Assembly: GCA_003599855.1 (NCBI GenBank)
Contig: QZKG01000029.1
Coordinates: 12,078-76,077, forward strand
Direction: 5' to 3'
Length of the DNA stretch: 64,000 bases
Source of the DNA: Gaiellales bacterium
Lineage (GTDB): Bacteria; Actinomycetota; Thermoleophilia; BMS3ABIN01
In this document: positions 45,975 to 59,705 of the stretch, one piece after another
Position numbering within the stretch: the stretch's first letter is position 1
Layout of the letters: the number at the start of each line of letters is the position of its first letter
Made by a program: the position numbers and the translations under genes
The notes under the pieces: model-generated
Told to the model about the DNA's origin: nothing
The model's database searches: none
The model's input: only the letters and a program-made list of their open reading frames with translations

Positions 45975-46901
45975 TCACCCGCCCCGCAAGCATGCCAGGG
46001 TCTTTTCCAGGCTGGCGGCATCGGAGACGTTGGCAGTAGCCACGTCGGTGTCGATCCTGCGGATGAGGCCGCTGAGCACCCTGCCGCTGCCGACCTCGAC
46101 AAACCGGTCGACCCCTTCGGCAACAAGTCTTTCGACTGTCTGGCGCCAGAGAACCGGCGACACGACCTGCCGCTCCATCAGTTCCCCCAAGGCATCGGCC
46201 TCTTCATAAGCGCAGCTCGTCGATGAAAAGAAAGTCGGCTGCGGCTCCTGGAAGACGGTATCGGCCAGGACCGCCTTCATGCGGTCCGCCGCCTCGCGCA
46301 TGAAGGGGCTGTGGAAAGCGCCTGAGACCGGCAGCAGGACCGCCTTCTTCGCCCCGGCCGCCTCCGCCAGTGACATGACCGACGTTACCGCCCCGGCGGC
46401 GCCGCTCACCACCAGCTGGCCCGGGCTGTTGTAGTTGACCGGCCAGACCTCCCCCGCGCCGGCGCAGATCTCCTCGACCTCCTCGTCACCCAGGCCCAGG
46501 ATCGCGGCCATCGCCCCCGGGCGCGCTGCCGCCGCCTCGCTCATGGCGGCTCCGCGCTCGGCTACCAGCCTGAGACCCTGGCTGAAGCTGACGGCTCCCG
46601 ACGCTGCCAGGGCGCTGTATTCGCCCAGGCTGTGACCCAGGACTACGTCGGCTTCCACGCCCTCTCGGGAAAGGACCGCCAGCGCCGCCGCGCTGCTCAC
46701 ATACAGCGCAGGCTGGGCGAACTCCGTCTGGTTGAGTTGCTCCGCCGGCCCGTCGAAACAAAGCCCGGCGACGTCCCAGCCCAGCTGTGCTGATGCCTCA
46801 CTAAAAAAGGCGGCCGCCTCTTCGTGGTCGCGGCAGAGCTCGCTCCCCATGCCTACAGCCTGGGAGCCTTGCCCGGGAAACACGAATGCCAGTCTGCCCA
46901 T
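45975..46901 (-). CDS. fabD: malonyl-CoA:ACP transacylase
   Basis: 308 aa. FVFPGQGSQ and GHSLGEYSAL motifs. Confidence 0.95.
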   Translation of the reverse strand: MGRLAFVFPGQGSQAVGMGSELCRDHEEAAAFFSEASAQLGWDVAGLCFDGPAEQLNQTEFAQPALYVSSAAALAVLSREGVEADVVLGHSLGEYSALAASGAVSFSQGLRLVAERGAAMSEAAAARPGAMAAILGLGDEEVEEICAGAGEVWPVNYNSPGQLVVSGAAGAVTSVMSLAEAAGAKKAVLLPVSGAFHSPFMREAADRMKAVLADTVFQEPQPTFFSSTSCAYEEADALGELMERQVVSPVLWRQTVERLVAEGVDRFVEVGSGRVLSGLIRRIDTDVATANVSDAASLEKTLACLRGG

Positions 46902-46913
46902 CAGCGGTCGCCC

Positions 46914-47876
46914 TTACCGGTGCAGGTCGACTCTGTCGGGGATAGCGGCGGCAACCGCCTCCGCCTCGGCGACCACTTCAGCGATGATCTCGGCTGCCGG
47001 CTGGATCTTGTCCACCAGGGCGACACACTGCCCCGCCATCATCGAGCCGTCCCTGACGTTGCCCTCTCGCATCGCCTCGCGCAGCTTCCCGAGCCCCAGG
47101 TTCTCGATGTCTTCCACGGTGCACTTGCCGGCGATAAAGTCTTTCTCCCATTTCTCATACAGGTTGGCCAGCTTGTTCTTGAGGGCGCGCACCGGATAGC
47201 CCACTGTCCTCGCGGTGACCACGGTGGCCCGGTCGCCGGCCTTGATGAACTTGTTTTTGACTTCCTGGTGCACCGTTGATTCCTCAGCGACCACGAAACG
47301 CGTTCCCATCTGCACCCCCTCGGCGCCCAGGGCGAAGGCGGCTACCACAGCCGCGCCATCCGCGATCCCGCCCGCGGCGATGACCGGCAACCCGATGGCG
47401 CGGGAAACCAGGGGGGTCAGCACCATGGTGGAGGTGCCGCCGATATGGCCGCCGGCCTCCTCGCCCTCAGCGATGACCGCATCAGCGCCGTGCTGCTCGG
47501 CTCGCCGCGCCATCGCCACTGCGGCCACAACGGGCAGTACCTTCACGCCCTGCTCCTTGAAAGCAGGTATGATGCTGGTGCTGGTGACAGCGCCCAGGGT
47601 GACCACGGGCGGCTTCTCTTCCATCAGCACCGCGGCCTGTTTCTCGAACTCCGGGTTGATCATGATCATGTTGACGCCGAAAGGCCGGTCCGTCAGTTCC
47701 CGCGCCCTCTGCACCTCTTCCCGCAGCATCTCCGCAGGCATGGCGCCGGCGCCGATGATTCCCAGCCCGCCGCCGTTGGAAACGGCGGCGGCCAGCACGG
47801 CGTCGCTGACCCAGGTCATGCCACCCTGCAGGATAGGGTGTTCGATCTCAAGCAGGTCACAGATTCTGTTAGGCAT
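46914..47876 (-). CDS. fabK: enoyl-ACP reductase FabK (FMN-dependent, nitronate monooxygenase family)
   Basis: 320 aa. PILQGGMTWVS and AAGGIADG motifs. Position inside the fab cluster supports the call. Confidence 0.85.
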   Translation of the reverse strand: MPNRICDLLEIEHPILQGGMTWVSDAVLAAAVSNGGGLGIIGAGAMPAEMLREEVQRARELTDRPFGVNMIMINPEFEKQAAVLMEEKPPVVTLGAVTSTSIIPAFKEQGVKVLPVVAAVAMARRAEQHGADAVIAEGEEAGGHIGGTSTMVLTPLVSRAIGLPVIAAGGIADGAAVVAAFALGAEGVQMGTRFVVAEESTVHQEVKNKFIKAGDRATVVTARTVGYPVRALKNKLANLYEKWEKDFIAGKCTVEDIENLGLGKLREAMREGNVRDGSMMAGQCVALVDKIQPAAEIIAEVVAEAEAVAAAIPDRVDLHR

Positions 47877-48891
47877 CTCTCTCTCCAGCTCTCTTTATTT
47901 CACCGCAGCGGACAAGGCACGAGCCCCAGGAAAGGCCGGCCCCGAAACCTGTCATGAGCGCCAGGTCTCCGTTTTGCAGCCTTCCCCCGGCCACCGCCTC
48001 GTCGAGGCACAGCGGTATCGACGCACAAGAGGTGTTGCCGTAGCGGTCGAGATTGGAAAAGACCCGTTCGGGGGGGAAGCCCAGCTTCCTGGCCGCGGAA
48101 TCGATGATGCGGATGTTGGCCTGGTGCGGGATGAACAGGTCGACATCGCCGACCTCGAGGCCGTTCTCGGCCAGCACCTGCCTCGCTGACGAAACAATGA
48201 TCCTGGTGGCAAACTTGAACACCTCGCGCCCGTTCATCTTCAGGTAATGCAAGCCCTCCGCCACTGTTTCGGCGCTCGCCGGCAGCCTGGAGCCGCCCGC
48301 GGGGAGGCTGAGTTCTCCGGTGCCCGACGGGTCATTGCCCAGCTCGAACCCCACGATGCCTGCCCCGTCCGAGGCTGCGGGCCTCAGCAGCACCGCTCCG
48401 GCCGCGTCTCCGAAGAGCACCGCTGTGCTGCGGTCAGACCAGTCTATCATTTTGGACACCACGTCGGCACCTACCACCAGCACCGTTTCGGACTGCCCCG
48501 ATGCGATGAACGAGCTGCCTGCCGCCAGAGCGTAAATGAAGCCGGTACAGGCCGCGGAGAGGTCGAAAGCGGCTGCGCCGTCTGCCCCGATAAGGCCGGA
48601 GATGAACGATGCTGTGGAAGGGAAGAGCATGTCCGGCGACAGGCTGGCGGTGATGATTAGGTCGAGCTCCCCGGGCCTGACGCCCGCCGCTTCCAGCGCC
48701 CGCCGGGCCGCCACCGCACCCAGGTCCGAGGTGCAGTGACCGTTCTCGGCGATATGACGCTCGCGGATGCCGCTGCGCGTAGAGATCCACTCATCGGAGG
48801 TATCAAGGGTCAGCGACAGGTCGTCGTTGGTGACGATCCGGTCGGGCACGTAAGTGCCTATGGCGGCTATTTCTACCTTGCGGTTTTGCAT
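47869..48891 (-). CDS. fabH: beta-ketoacyl-ACP synthase III
   Basis: 340 aa. AACTGF active-site Cys, HQAN and GNTSCAS motifs. Confidence 0.95.
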   Translation of the reverse strand: MQNRKVEIAAIGTYVPDRIVTNDDLSLTLDTSDEWISTRSGIRERHIAENGHCTSDLGAVAARRALEAAGVRPGELDLIITASLSPDMLFPSTASFISGLIGADGAAAFDLSAACTGFIYALAAGSSFIASGQSETVLVVGADVVSKMIDWSDRSTAVLFGDAAGAVLLRPAASDGAGIVGFELGNDPSGTGELSLPAGGSRLPASAETVAEGLHYLKMNGREVFKFATRIIVSSARQVLAENGLEVGDVDLFIPHQANIRIIDSAARKLGFPPERVFSNLDRYGNTSCASIPLCLDEAVAGGRLQNGDLALMTGFGAGLSWGSCLVRCGEIKRAGERDA

Positions 48892-48943
48892 GGGTTATCA
48901 GAAGCCTTCGGGTCGTGCCGCCGATATGGCCGGCGGGTGGCTT

Positions 48944-49384
48944 TTACGCTTCGGCGTCGGTGATGGCGAAGGTCAGGGTCGCCTTGCAGACGAGCTCGCC
49001 GTCGACGGTAGCCTTCGCCTCCCCCTTGCCGATGGCGCCGCGCATCCTGGTCATCTCGACCTCGAGGCGCAGTGTGTCCCCCGGCCTGACGATGCGCTTG
49101 AAGCGCACGCCATCGATGCCGGCGAAAAGGACGAGTTTGCCACTGTTCTCCGGGAGGGAAAGGGCCGCTACGGCTCCCGCCTGGGCCAGGGCCTCCACCT
49201 GCAGGACTCCGGGCATGATGGGATTGCCGGGAAAGTGCCCCTGGAAGTAATACTCCTCGGCGCTGACGCGCCTGAGCGCTACCGCATGCCTGCCGGGCTC
49301 CAGTTCGACCACCTCATCCAGCAGCAGGAACGGGTCGCGGTGGGGGATGATCTCCATTATCTGCTCACGTGTCAGCTGGGCCAT
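48944..49384 (-). CDS. fabZ: 3-hydroxyacyl-ACP dehydratase
   Basis: 146 aa. [11 protein letters not shown] and [12 protein letters not shown] motifs. Confidence 0.95.
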   Translation of the reverse strand: MAQLTREQIMEIIPHRDPFLLLDEVVELEPGRHAVALRRVSAEEYYFQGHFPGNPIMPGVLQVEALAQAGAVAALSLPENSGKLVLFAGIDGVRFKRIVRPGDTLRLEVEMTRMRGAIGKGEAKATVDGELVCKATLTFAITDAEA

Positions 49385-49494
49385 GGCCCGTCCTCCTCTT
49401 GACCTTTTCTCCTTGCCTGGCGGCTGCTACCGACCGTTATTCAGGCGCACAAAAGATTATCATAAATCGCCCTTTTCTGGCGCGGGAATGGTGC

Positions 49495-49517
49495 GGGGCG
49501 GCCTCAAGGGCCGCCCC
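49495..49517. terminator. 9-bp GC hairpin between LPXTG gene 1 and fabZ (no U-tract)
   Basis: GGGGCGGCC-ucaag-GGCCGCCCC, 45 nt downstream of the LPXTG-1 stop. Confidence 0.35.
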
Positions 49518-49561
49518 GACTGCCTGCCTGTTGTACAGTTTGCCGTCTCTGGGAGCCCCGC

Positions 49562-50116
49562 CTACCGGCGGCTCCTCGTGCGGACGAGTCGTGACCCCGC
49601 TCCCGCGGCCAGCAGAACTGCTCCCCCGGCCGCCAGCGCCAGGGTACCGGAGGTAGCTCCCGTCGCCGGCAGGGCGCAGTTCATCAGGTTGACGCTCGTG
49701 GCGGTCGCGTAGGGCGAGCTGGCGAAAGTCGCCCAGATGCCCCAGGCTCCGGAAGTGGTAGCGTATGTCTTGCCGGAGACGTAGGGGTCGTTGACTATAG
49801 CCGGGATCGTCGTCGCCAGCGACCAGTTGCCGCTGCCGTCCGTGGCGGCCGTTCCGAGGTCGGCTATGTAGATGAGCGACTCTCCGGGCCCGCCGGTATA
49901 CTGCCTCAAAGTGACCGACACGGTTGTGTTGGCGGGAGCCCCGCTCCCGCTGACAGTGACCGCGCCGCCGATGCAGACGCTGGGGCCCGGCGACACATTC
50001 AGGGTGCCGACGTCATAGGCGTCCTGTCCAGCGCCGGCGCCCGCGACGCCGATGGCCAGCACCAGCGCGAGGGCGATGGTCGCCGGGATCATGACTGACA
50101 ACCTTCCTGGTTTCAT
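49562..50116 (-). CDS. LPXTG cell-wall-anchored small surface protein, paralogue 1
   Basis: 184 aa. Signal peptide, GQDAYDVG...SPGPSVCIGG...DGSGNWSL, and a C-terminal CALPATG + hydrophobic stretch + RTRSRR sorting signal. Confidence 0.85.
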   Translation of the reverse strand: MKPGRLSVMIPATIALALVLAIGVAGAGAGQDAYDVGTLNVSPGPSVCIGGAVTVSGSGAPANTTVSVTLRQYTGGPGESLIYIADLGTAATDGSGNWSLATTIPAIVNDPYVSGKTYATTSGAWGIWATFASSPYATATSVNLMNCALPATGATSGTLALAAGGAVLLAAGAGSRLVRTRSRR

Positions 50117-50203
50117 TTTCTCCCCCTTGGTTCATTTGCCCGCGGCCGGCCACCGCCGGCCGCGGGCCTTATCTTCCATGCTGTTCCGGGGCGACAGGCC
50201 CTC

Positions 50204-50743
50204 CTAGGCGCGCGACCTGTGCCGCCACACGCTTATGCTGAACCCGCCCGCGGCCAGCACGGCGAGGGCCAGGGCCAGGACCGTGGGTGCCTGTGGTGCC
50301 CCGGTTGCAGGCAGCGCCTTCGAACAGTCGACAACGGTGAGGTCGCCCACGGCTGTATAGCCTGTGCTGAGGCCCACCACTTCCCACTCGCCCGCGGGGG
50401 TGGCGGTCGTTGTCTCATTCGCATTCATCGCCGTATACGGCACAGTAGCCGTCAGCGACCAGCTGCCCGCGCCGTCCGACATGGTGTCTCCCAGGTGGGC
50501 GCTGGGCCACATTCCGGGTACCTTGTAGTTCATTCCGACGGTAATCGGAGAACTTGCCGGAGCGCCGGAACCGCTCAGGGTTATCGTTCCGCCGATGCAG
50601 GCACGTGAGCTTGGCCCGATCGTGATCCCGGCGATGCCATAGCCGTCCTGGCCGACTCCGGCTGACGCTCCCAACGACACCACCAGGGACACAACCAGCA
50701 GCAGCGCCCCCATCAATGTTATCCATCTTTTTCGACTTTTCAT
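50204..50743 (-). CDS. LPXTG cell-wall-anchored small surface protein, paralogue 2
   Basis: ATG 50743 after GGAGG. 179 aa. GQDGYGIAG...ACIGG...DGAGSWSL...CSKALPATG + TM + RHRSRA. Confidence 0.85.
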   Translation of the reverse strand: MKSRKRWITLMGALLLVVSLVVSLGASAGVGQDGYGIAGITIGPSSRACIGGTITLSGSGAPASSPITVGMNYKVPGMWPSAHLGDTMSDGAGSWSLTATVPYTAMNANETTTATPAGEWEVVGLSTGYTAVGDLTVVDCSKALPATGAPQAPTVLALALAVLAAGGFSISVWRHRSRA

Positions 50744-50904
50744 GAGCAAACCTCCTCGCTTGCGCCAATAAACCTGACTTGCGGCCTGACGGGTCATTCC
50801 CCGATCCGTGGCATTGTGAACCTCGCCCGACAAAAAAGGGGCGGCCCGCCAGCGGGCCGCCCCGTCGAGTCGCGCCTGTGTCCGCGAACCCGTTTTCCTT
50901 TAAG

Positions 50905-51489
50905 CTATGCTCTCCTGGTCCTCATGATAATTAACCCCGCAAGCACCGCGGCGGATGCCAGGGCGAGGACGATCATGGTCCCGTTGGCTCCCAGGCCGCT
51001 GCCTGTCGACGGCAGGGTGCAGCTGGCGATGTCCAGCATTCCCAGCGACATGTAGTTGCCGCCGTAGGAGTAGTCGTTGGTCTCGATCCACCAGGTGCTG
51101 CCGACTCTCACGGGAACGCTGCTGCCTGCCAGCTCAGCGGGATTGCCGCCGTAGGTCACCGTCGCCATCGAAGGCACTGATGTCGTCAGGCTCCAGTTGC
51201 CGCTGCCGTCAGCGGTGACCGTTCCCAGGCTGACCGCATAGCCTCCCTGCGAGCCCCGCATCATGCTGCCAGCCGAGCTCGTCATGGCGACGTCCAGGGT
51301 AGCGCCTGCCGGCGCGCCCACGCCACTGAGGGTCATGGATTGCCCGATGCAGAGAGAGCTTCCCGGGGAGACTGTGGTATCGCCCACAGGATAGGCGTCC
51401 TGGCCGACGCCGGCCCCGGCGCCCACTGCCATGGCCACCGCGAGCATCGCCGCCGCCCCCAGCAGGAAAATCATCTTGCCGCATTTCAT
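50905..51489 (-). CDS. LPXTG cell-wall-anchored small surface protein, paralogue 3
   Basis: ATG 51489 after GGAGGAGGGGA. 194 aa. GQDAYPVG...LCIGQ...DGSGNWSL...CTLPSTG + TM + RTRRA. Confidence 0.85.
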   Translation of the reverse strand: MKCGKMIFLLGAAAMLAVAMAVGAGAGVGQDAYPVGDTTVSPGSSLCIGQSMTLSGVGAPAGATLDVAMTSSAGSMMRGSQGGYAVSLGTVTADGSGNWSLTTSVPSMATVTYGGNPAELAGSSVPVRVGSTWWIETNDYSYGGNYMSLGMLDIASCTLPSTGSGLGANGTMIVLALASAAVLAGLIIMRTRRA

Positions 51490-51717
51490 ATCCCCTCCTC
51501 CTTGAGCTTGCACTGGCAGGAACAAGCTACCCCCTTTCCCGCCGGGGCTAAACCACGAAAAAAGGAGGGGTGCGTCCCGGCTCTGCTACTCAAAGCTTCG
51601 GAGACAGCCCGATCCACACCGGGCGCGGTGCATGACGCTGGCGGAGGCAAGCGTCGGCTGGCTGGACAAAGAAGCGGCGGGCGAGAACTGCGGCGGGCTT
51701 TCGCCCGTGTAGCATCG

Positions 51718-51800
51718 CTAGCGCCTGTTCATGGCCCGTATCGCCCAGCGGCCCAGCAGGACGCCGGCGATGAAGACGACAGCCAGCAGGATGATGGTGG

Positions 51801-51804
<4 letters not shown>
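51718..51804 (-). CDS. 28-aa single-TM micro-ORF coupled to the gyrA stop
   Basis: ATG 51802-51804 overlaps the gyrA TGA (GAATGACC). [28 protein letters not shown]. Below the ORF-track size cut-off. Confidence 0.35.
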
Positions 51805-54269
<2,465 letters not shown>

Positions 54270-54278
54270 AAGTTCTCC

Positions 54279-56681
<2,403 letters not shown>

Positions 56682-56843
56682 TCATCCCTCTGGTTCTATC
56701 AGCAAAAAAGCGAAAGTGCGTCGGGGTCGGCCGCCTCACGGGACGGTTGATTGAAGGTTAATACTTTGCCCCGGCAAGCGCCGCGCTTGGACAACCTCCG
56801 ACCTCCGGACTGGGTATGTGAGAGCGAGTGGATTACTCTCCGG

Positions 56844-56873
56844 AGTATATCACAAACGGAAGTCTGACAGTAA
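56844..56873 (-). promoter_or_regulatory. sigma70-like promoter TTACTG-18-TATACT upstream of gyrB
   Basis: Minus-strand hexamers at 56873-56868 and 56849-56844. Implies a gyrB leader of about 160 nt. Confidence 0.4.
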
Positions 56874-56893
56874 GTTGCGCGGGCGTAAACTTT

Positions 56894-56914
56894 CCCGCAA
56901 TTTGCGGGTTTTTT
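56894..56914. terminator. hairpin CCCGC-aattt-GCGGG with the T6 run on the plus strand only
   Basis: Sits immediately after the DUF721 stop (minus strand). The canonical U-tract would be on the plus-strand transcript; the minus strand reads GGGAAAGUUU. Confidence 0.35.
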
Positions 56915-57209
56915 ACCGAGAGCGGGCCTGGTGGACGAAGCGTATCCGCCGGACCTCCTCCGGTGGTGAGAGACGGTTCAGCCGTCCGGCGAGCTCGCCG
57001 GACGAAAGCCCCAGCTCACAGGCCCAGGCTCCTGACGAACAGCTCACGGTCAGCACGCCGTTCTTCAACGAGCGCACCCTTGTCTGGGATGCTATCTGCT
57101 CTCCCGCTGCCTGGCCCCAGAGGCTCTGCAGTTCGAGCTGGGGGCTCCGCTTCCAGATGCGGTCCCGCTCCCTGCCGACGATCAACCGGAGCTGCCTGAG
57201 GTCAGACAT
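56913..57209 (-). CDS. DUF721 (DciA-like) protein
   Basis: ATG 57209 overlaps the recF end by 8 nt. 98 aa with LKNGVLTVSCSSGAWACEL, typical of DUF721. Conserved position between recF and gyrB. Confidence 0.8.
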   Translation of the reverse strand: MSDLRQLRLIVGRERDRIWKRSPQLELQSLWGQAAGEQIASQTRVRSLKNGVLTVSCSSGAWACELGLSSGELAGRLNRLSPPEEVRRIRFVHQARSR

Positions 57210-58317
57210 CGCCCGCCTCCGCCGCCCGTATAAGCCCGTCCTGCCCGATCTCCAGGACCACTGCCGCCTCGCAGCCGCCCACCGGGATGAGGTTATAGTC
57301 GGCAGCCGTGATGATGACCTGGCTCCTGAAGCCGTTGCCGAGCGCCCCCAGCAGCCGGCCGCGCCGGTCCGGGTCCAGTTCGCTGAGGACGTCATCCAGC
57401 AGCAGCAGGGGCCGCTCGCCGCCGGGGGATTCGGTGACCGCTTCTGCCAGCAGGAGCGCCAGCACCGTGCTGCGCTGTTCACCTTGCGACCCGAAGACCC
57501 TCATGTTCTTGCCCCCGACCCGGAACTCGATGTCGTCCCTGTGCGTCCCGATGCTGGTCGCGCCGCGTTCGAGGTCGCCGCCCCACTGCTGCTCCAGCTC
57601 CCTGACAGCGGCGGCTTCGCGGTCCTCCTCGCCCGCGTGGGCTTGCAGCTGGCTCCTGTACACAGCCTCGGCTGAGCCCGACCCTCCCGAGATCCTGTCA
57701 TAAGCCTCAGCGAAGGCCGGCGAAAGGGTCCGGCAGTACTCTTCGCGCTCGTCGTGGATCTGGAAGGCCAGCGACATCAGCTGCCGGTCCCAGGGGGATA
57801 TGTCCGCCAGGCGGACTATGCCGGCACGGGCCCGCTGCAGGAAACGGTTCCTCTGGGAAAGCACCTTCTGATAGTCGCCGGCGAGCTTCTGGTAGGCGGG
57901 GCGCCTGCGGGAGACGGCTTCATCGACGAAGCGCCTGCGTTCCGCCGGCGCTCCCTTGACGAGCTGCAGGTCGTCGGGGGAGAAGCACAGCACCGAGCCC
58001 GCCTGTTCCCAGCGTGGCCCGCCCCCCTGATCCACCGTGGCCGGCTGACCCGGCTGCAGGCTCACCAGGCGGCTGCGCTTCACGCCGCCGGTCTCGATCG
58101 CCGCGCTCACCCGTAAAAACCCACTTCCTTCCCTCACCATCTCCGCGTCCCGGCTGGTGCGAAAGGACTTGCCGCAGATGGAATACTGGGCCGCTTCCAG
58201 AAGACTCGTCTTGCCGGCGCCGTTGCGGCCGACGATGATGGAGACGCCGGGTCCCAGCGAAACCGAACCCTGGCGGTAGTTTCTGAAGCCCTTGATTTCC
58301 AGATGCTCCAGGTACAA
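57202..58317 (-). CDS. recF: DNA replication and repair protein RecF
   Basis: 371 aa. MYLEHLEIKGFRNY, Walker A GRNGAGKTSLLEA, signature GSQGEQRS, Walker B LLLLDDVLSELD. Confidence 0.95.
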   Translation of the reverse strand: MYLEHLEIKGFRNYRQGSVSLGPGVSIIVGRNGAGKTSLLEAAQYSICGKSFRTSRDAEMVREGSGFLRVSAAIETGGVKRSRLVSLQPGQPATVDQGGGPRWEQAGSVLCFSPDDLQLVKGAPAERRRFVDEAVSRRRPAYQKLAGDYQKVLSQRNRFLQRARAGIVRLADISPWDRQLMSLAFQIHDEREEYCRTLSPAFAEAYDRISGGSGSAEAVYRSQLQAHAGEEDREAAAVRELEQQWGGDLERGATSIGTHRDDIEFRVGGKNMRVFGSQGEQRSTVLALLLAEAVTESPGGERPLLLLDDVLSELDPDRRGRLLGALGNGFRSQVIITAADYNLIPVGGCEAAVVLEIGQDGLIRAAEAGDV

Positions 58318-58338
58318 AACCTCTATCCCTGACCCTTC

Positions 58339-59448
58339 TCAGCTGGTGAGGCGGACCGGCATGATGAGGTAGAGGAAGTCGTCATCCTCACCTTTTATCA
58401 GGCCAGGCCTGAGCGCGCTGATGATCCTCACAACCACATCATCGCCGTCGACGCTCTCGATCCCGGAGCGGAGAAACTCGGGGTTGAAGCCTATCTCCAT
58501 CGCCTCGTCGCTGTAGGGGACCGCCAGCGATTCCATCGCCTCACCTACCTGCGGAGTCTGGGCAGATACCGTCAGCCGCCCGTCGTCGAAGCTCAGCTTG
58601 AGCGGCGCGTTCTTCTGCGCCATCAGCCCGATGCGCCCCACGACCTCTAGCAGCTCTTCCTTGTCGATCTTCACCTCTGACTTGAACTCGTCGGGCAACA
58701 GCTGCTGGTAGTTGGGGAACTGGCCCTCAATCAGCCGGGATGTCAGTAGCGTCCCTTCGTCCCTGAACATGATCTGGCTCTCCGCGATGGCGATGGTGAT
58801 CTTGCCGTCGTCCTTCTGGTCGAACAGCCGGGGCAGCTCCTCCAGAGCGTGGCGCGGCACTATTACCTCTTTCTTGTCCGCCAGGGAACTTCCTGCCGCG
58901 GACTCCATGACGCTCAGCCGGTAGCTGTCAGTAGCCACCATCTTCAGCCTGTCCTTGGAGAACTTCACCAGGATGCCTGTGAGTACAGGCCGGGTCTCGT
59001 CCCTTGAGGCCGCGCGCGCCACCGTGTTCACGACCTTGAGCAGCGGCCCCGCCTCGATCTCGAAAGAGGCCTCGTCCTGCATCTCGGGGAGGCGGGGGAA
59101 GTCCTGGGCCGGCAGGCAGTTCAGCTTGAAACTCGCCTGTCCGGAGACGATGTCGACCATCTGGTTCTCGTCCTCGCTGGCGATGCTGATCTCGCCGGCA
59201 GGAAGACTGCGTACGACGTCGGTGAGCAGCTTTCCGGGCGCCACCACTGCCCCTTCCTCCTCGACCGTCGCCCCGGCCGTTATCCTGAGAGACATCTCCA
59301 TGTCAGTGCTCGACAGCTCGATCTCTCCCGGACCCGTGGTCCTGATATGTATGCCCGCCAGTATCGGCATCGTGCTCTTGGTGGCCACGGTCTTGAGTAC
59401 GATCTGCAGCTTCTCAAAAAGTATGTCTTTCGGACAAGAGATCCGCAT
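58339..59448 (-). CDS. dnaN: DNA polymerase III beta sliding clamp
   Basis: 369 aa, three-domain clamp. MPILAGIHI N-terminal block and LIMPVRL C-terminus. Confidence 0.95.
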   Translation of the reverse strand: MRISCPKDILFEKLQIVLKTVATKSTMPILAGIHIRTTGPGEIELSSTDMEMSLRITAGATVEEEGAVVAPGKLLTDVVRSLPAGEISIASEDENQMVDIVSGQASFKLNCLPAQDFPRLPEMQDEASFEIEAGPLLKVVNTVARAASRDETRPVLTGILVKFSKDRLKMVATDSYRLSVMESAAGSSLADKKEVIVPRHALEELPRLFDQKDDGKITIAIAESQIMFRDEGTLLTSRLIEGQFPNYQQLLPDEFKSEVKIDKEELLEVVGRIGLMAQKNAPLKLSFDDGRLTVSAQTPQVGEAMESLAVPYSDEAMEIGFNPEFLRSGIESVDGDDVVVRIISALRPGLIKGEDDDFLYLIMPVRLTS

Positions 59449-59705
59449 GTACGAGCCTCCATTAATAATTTATTTATTTTTTAAAAAAAAGAGCAGTCGT
59501 ATTAGTAAGCGGACTGAAACCGGGGAAAACCGGCGTGAGGCCGCAAGGGAAGGGCATCCGCCCCCGGACAACCCTGTTGACAGGGTTGAGGATAACAGAA
59601 AGGCCGGACGGGAAAAACCGCTGTCAGGAGCAAGTCGGGCGGCTTCAGGTGTGAAAAGGGTGTTCCCGGTGGAATGTTCCCCGGTCTTTCCGGACCTTTT
59701 CCACC
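59449..59705. other. oriC segment: 30-nt pure A/T unwinding element (59461-59490) plus degenerate DnaA boxes
   Basis: attaataatttatttattttttaaaaaaaa in a ~65% GC context. Boxes TGAGGATAA (59587-59595), TGTGAAAA (59650-59657) and TTTTCCAC (59697-59704). Located between dnaA and dnaN. Confidence 0.75.
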
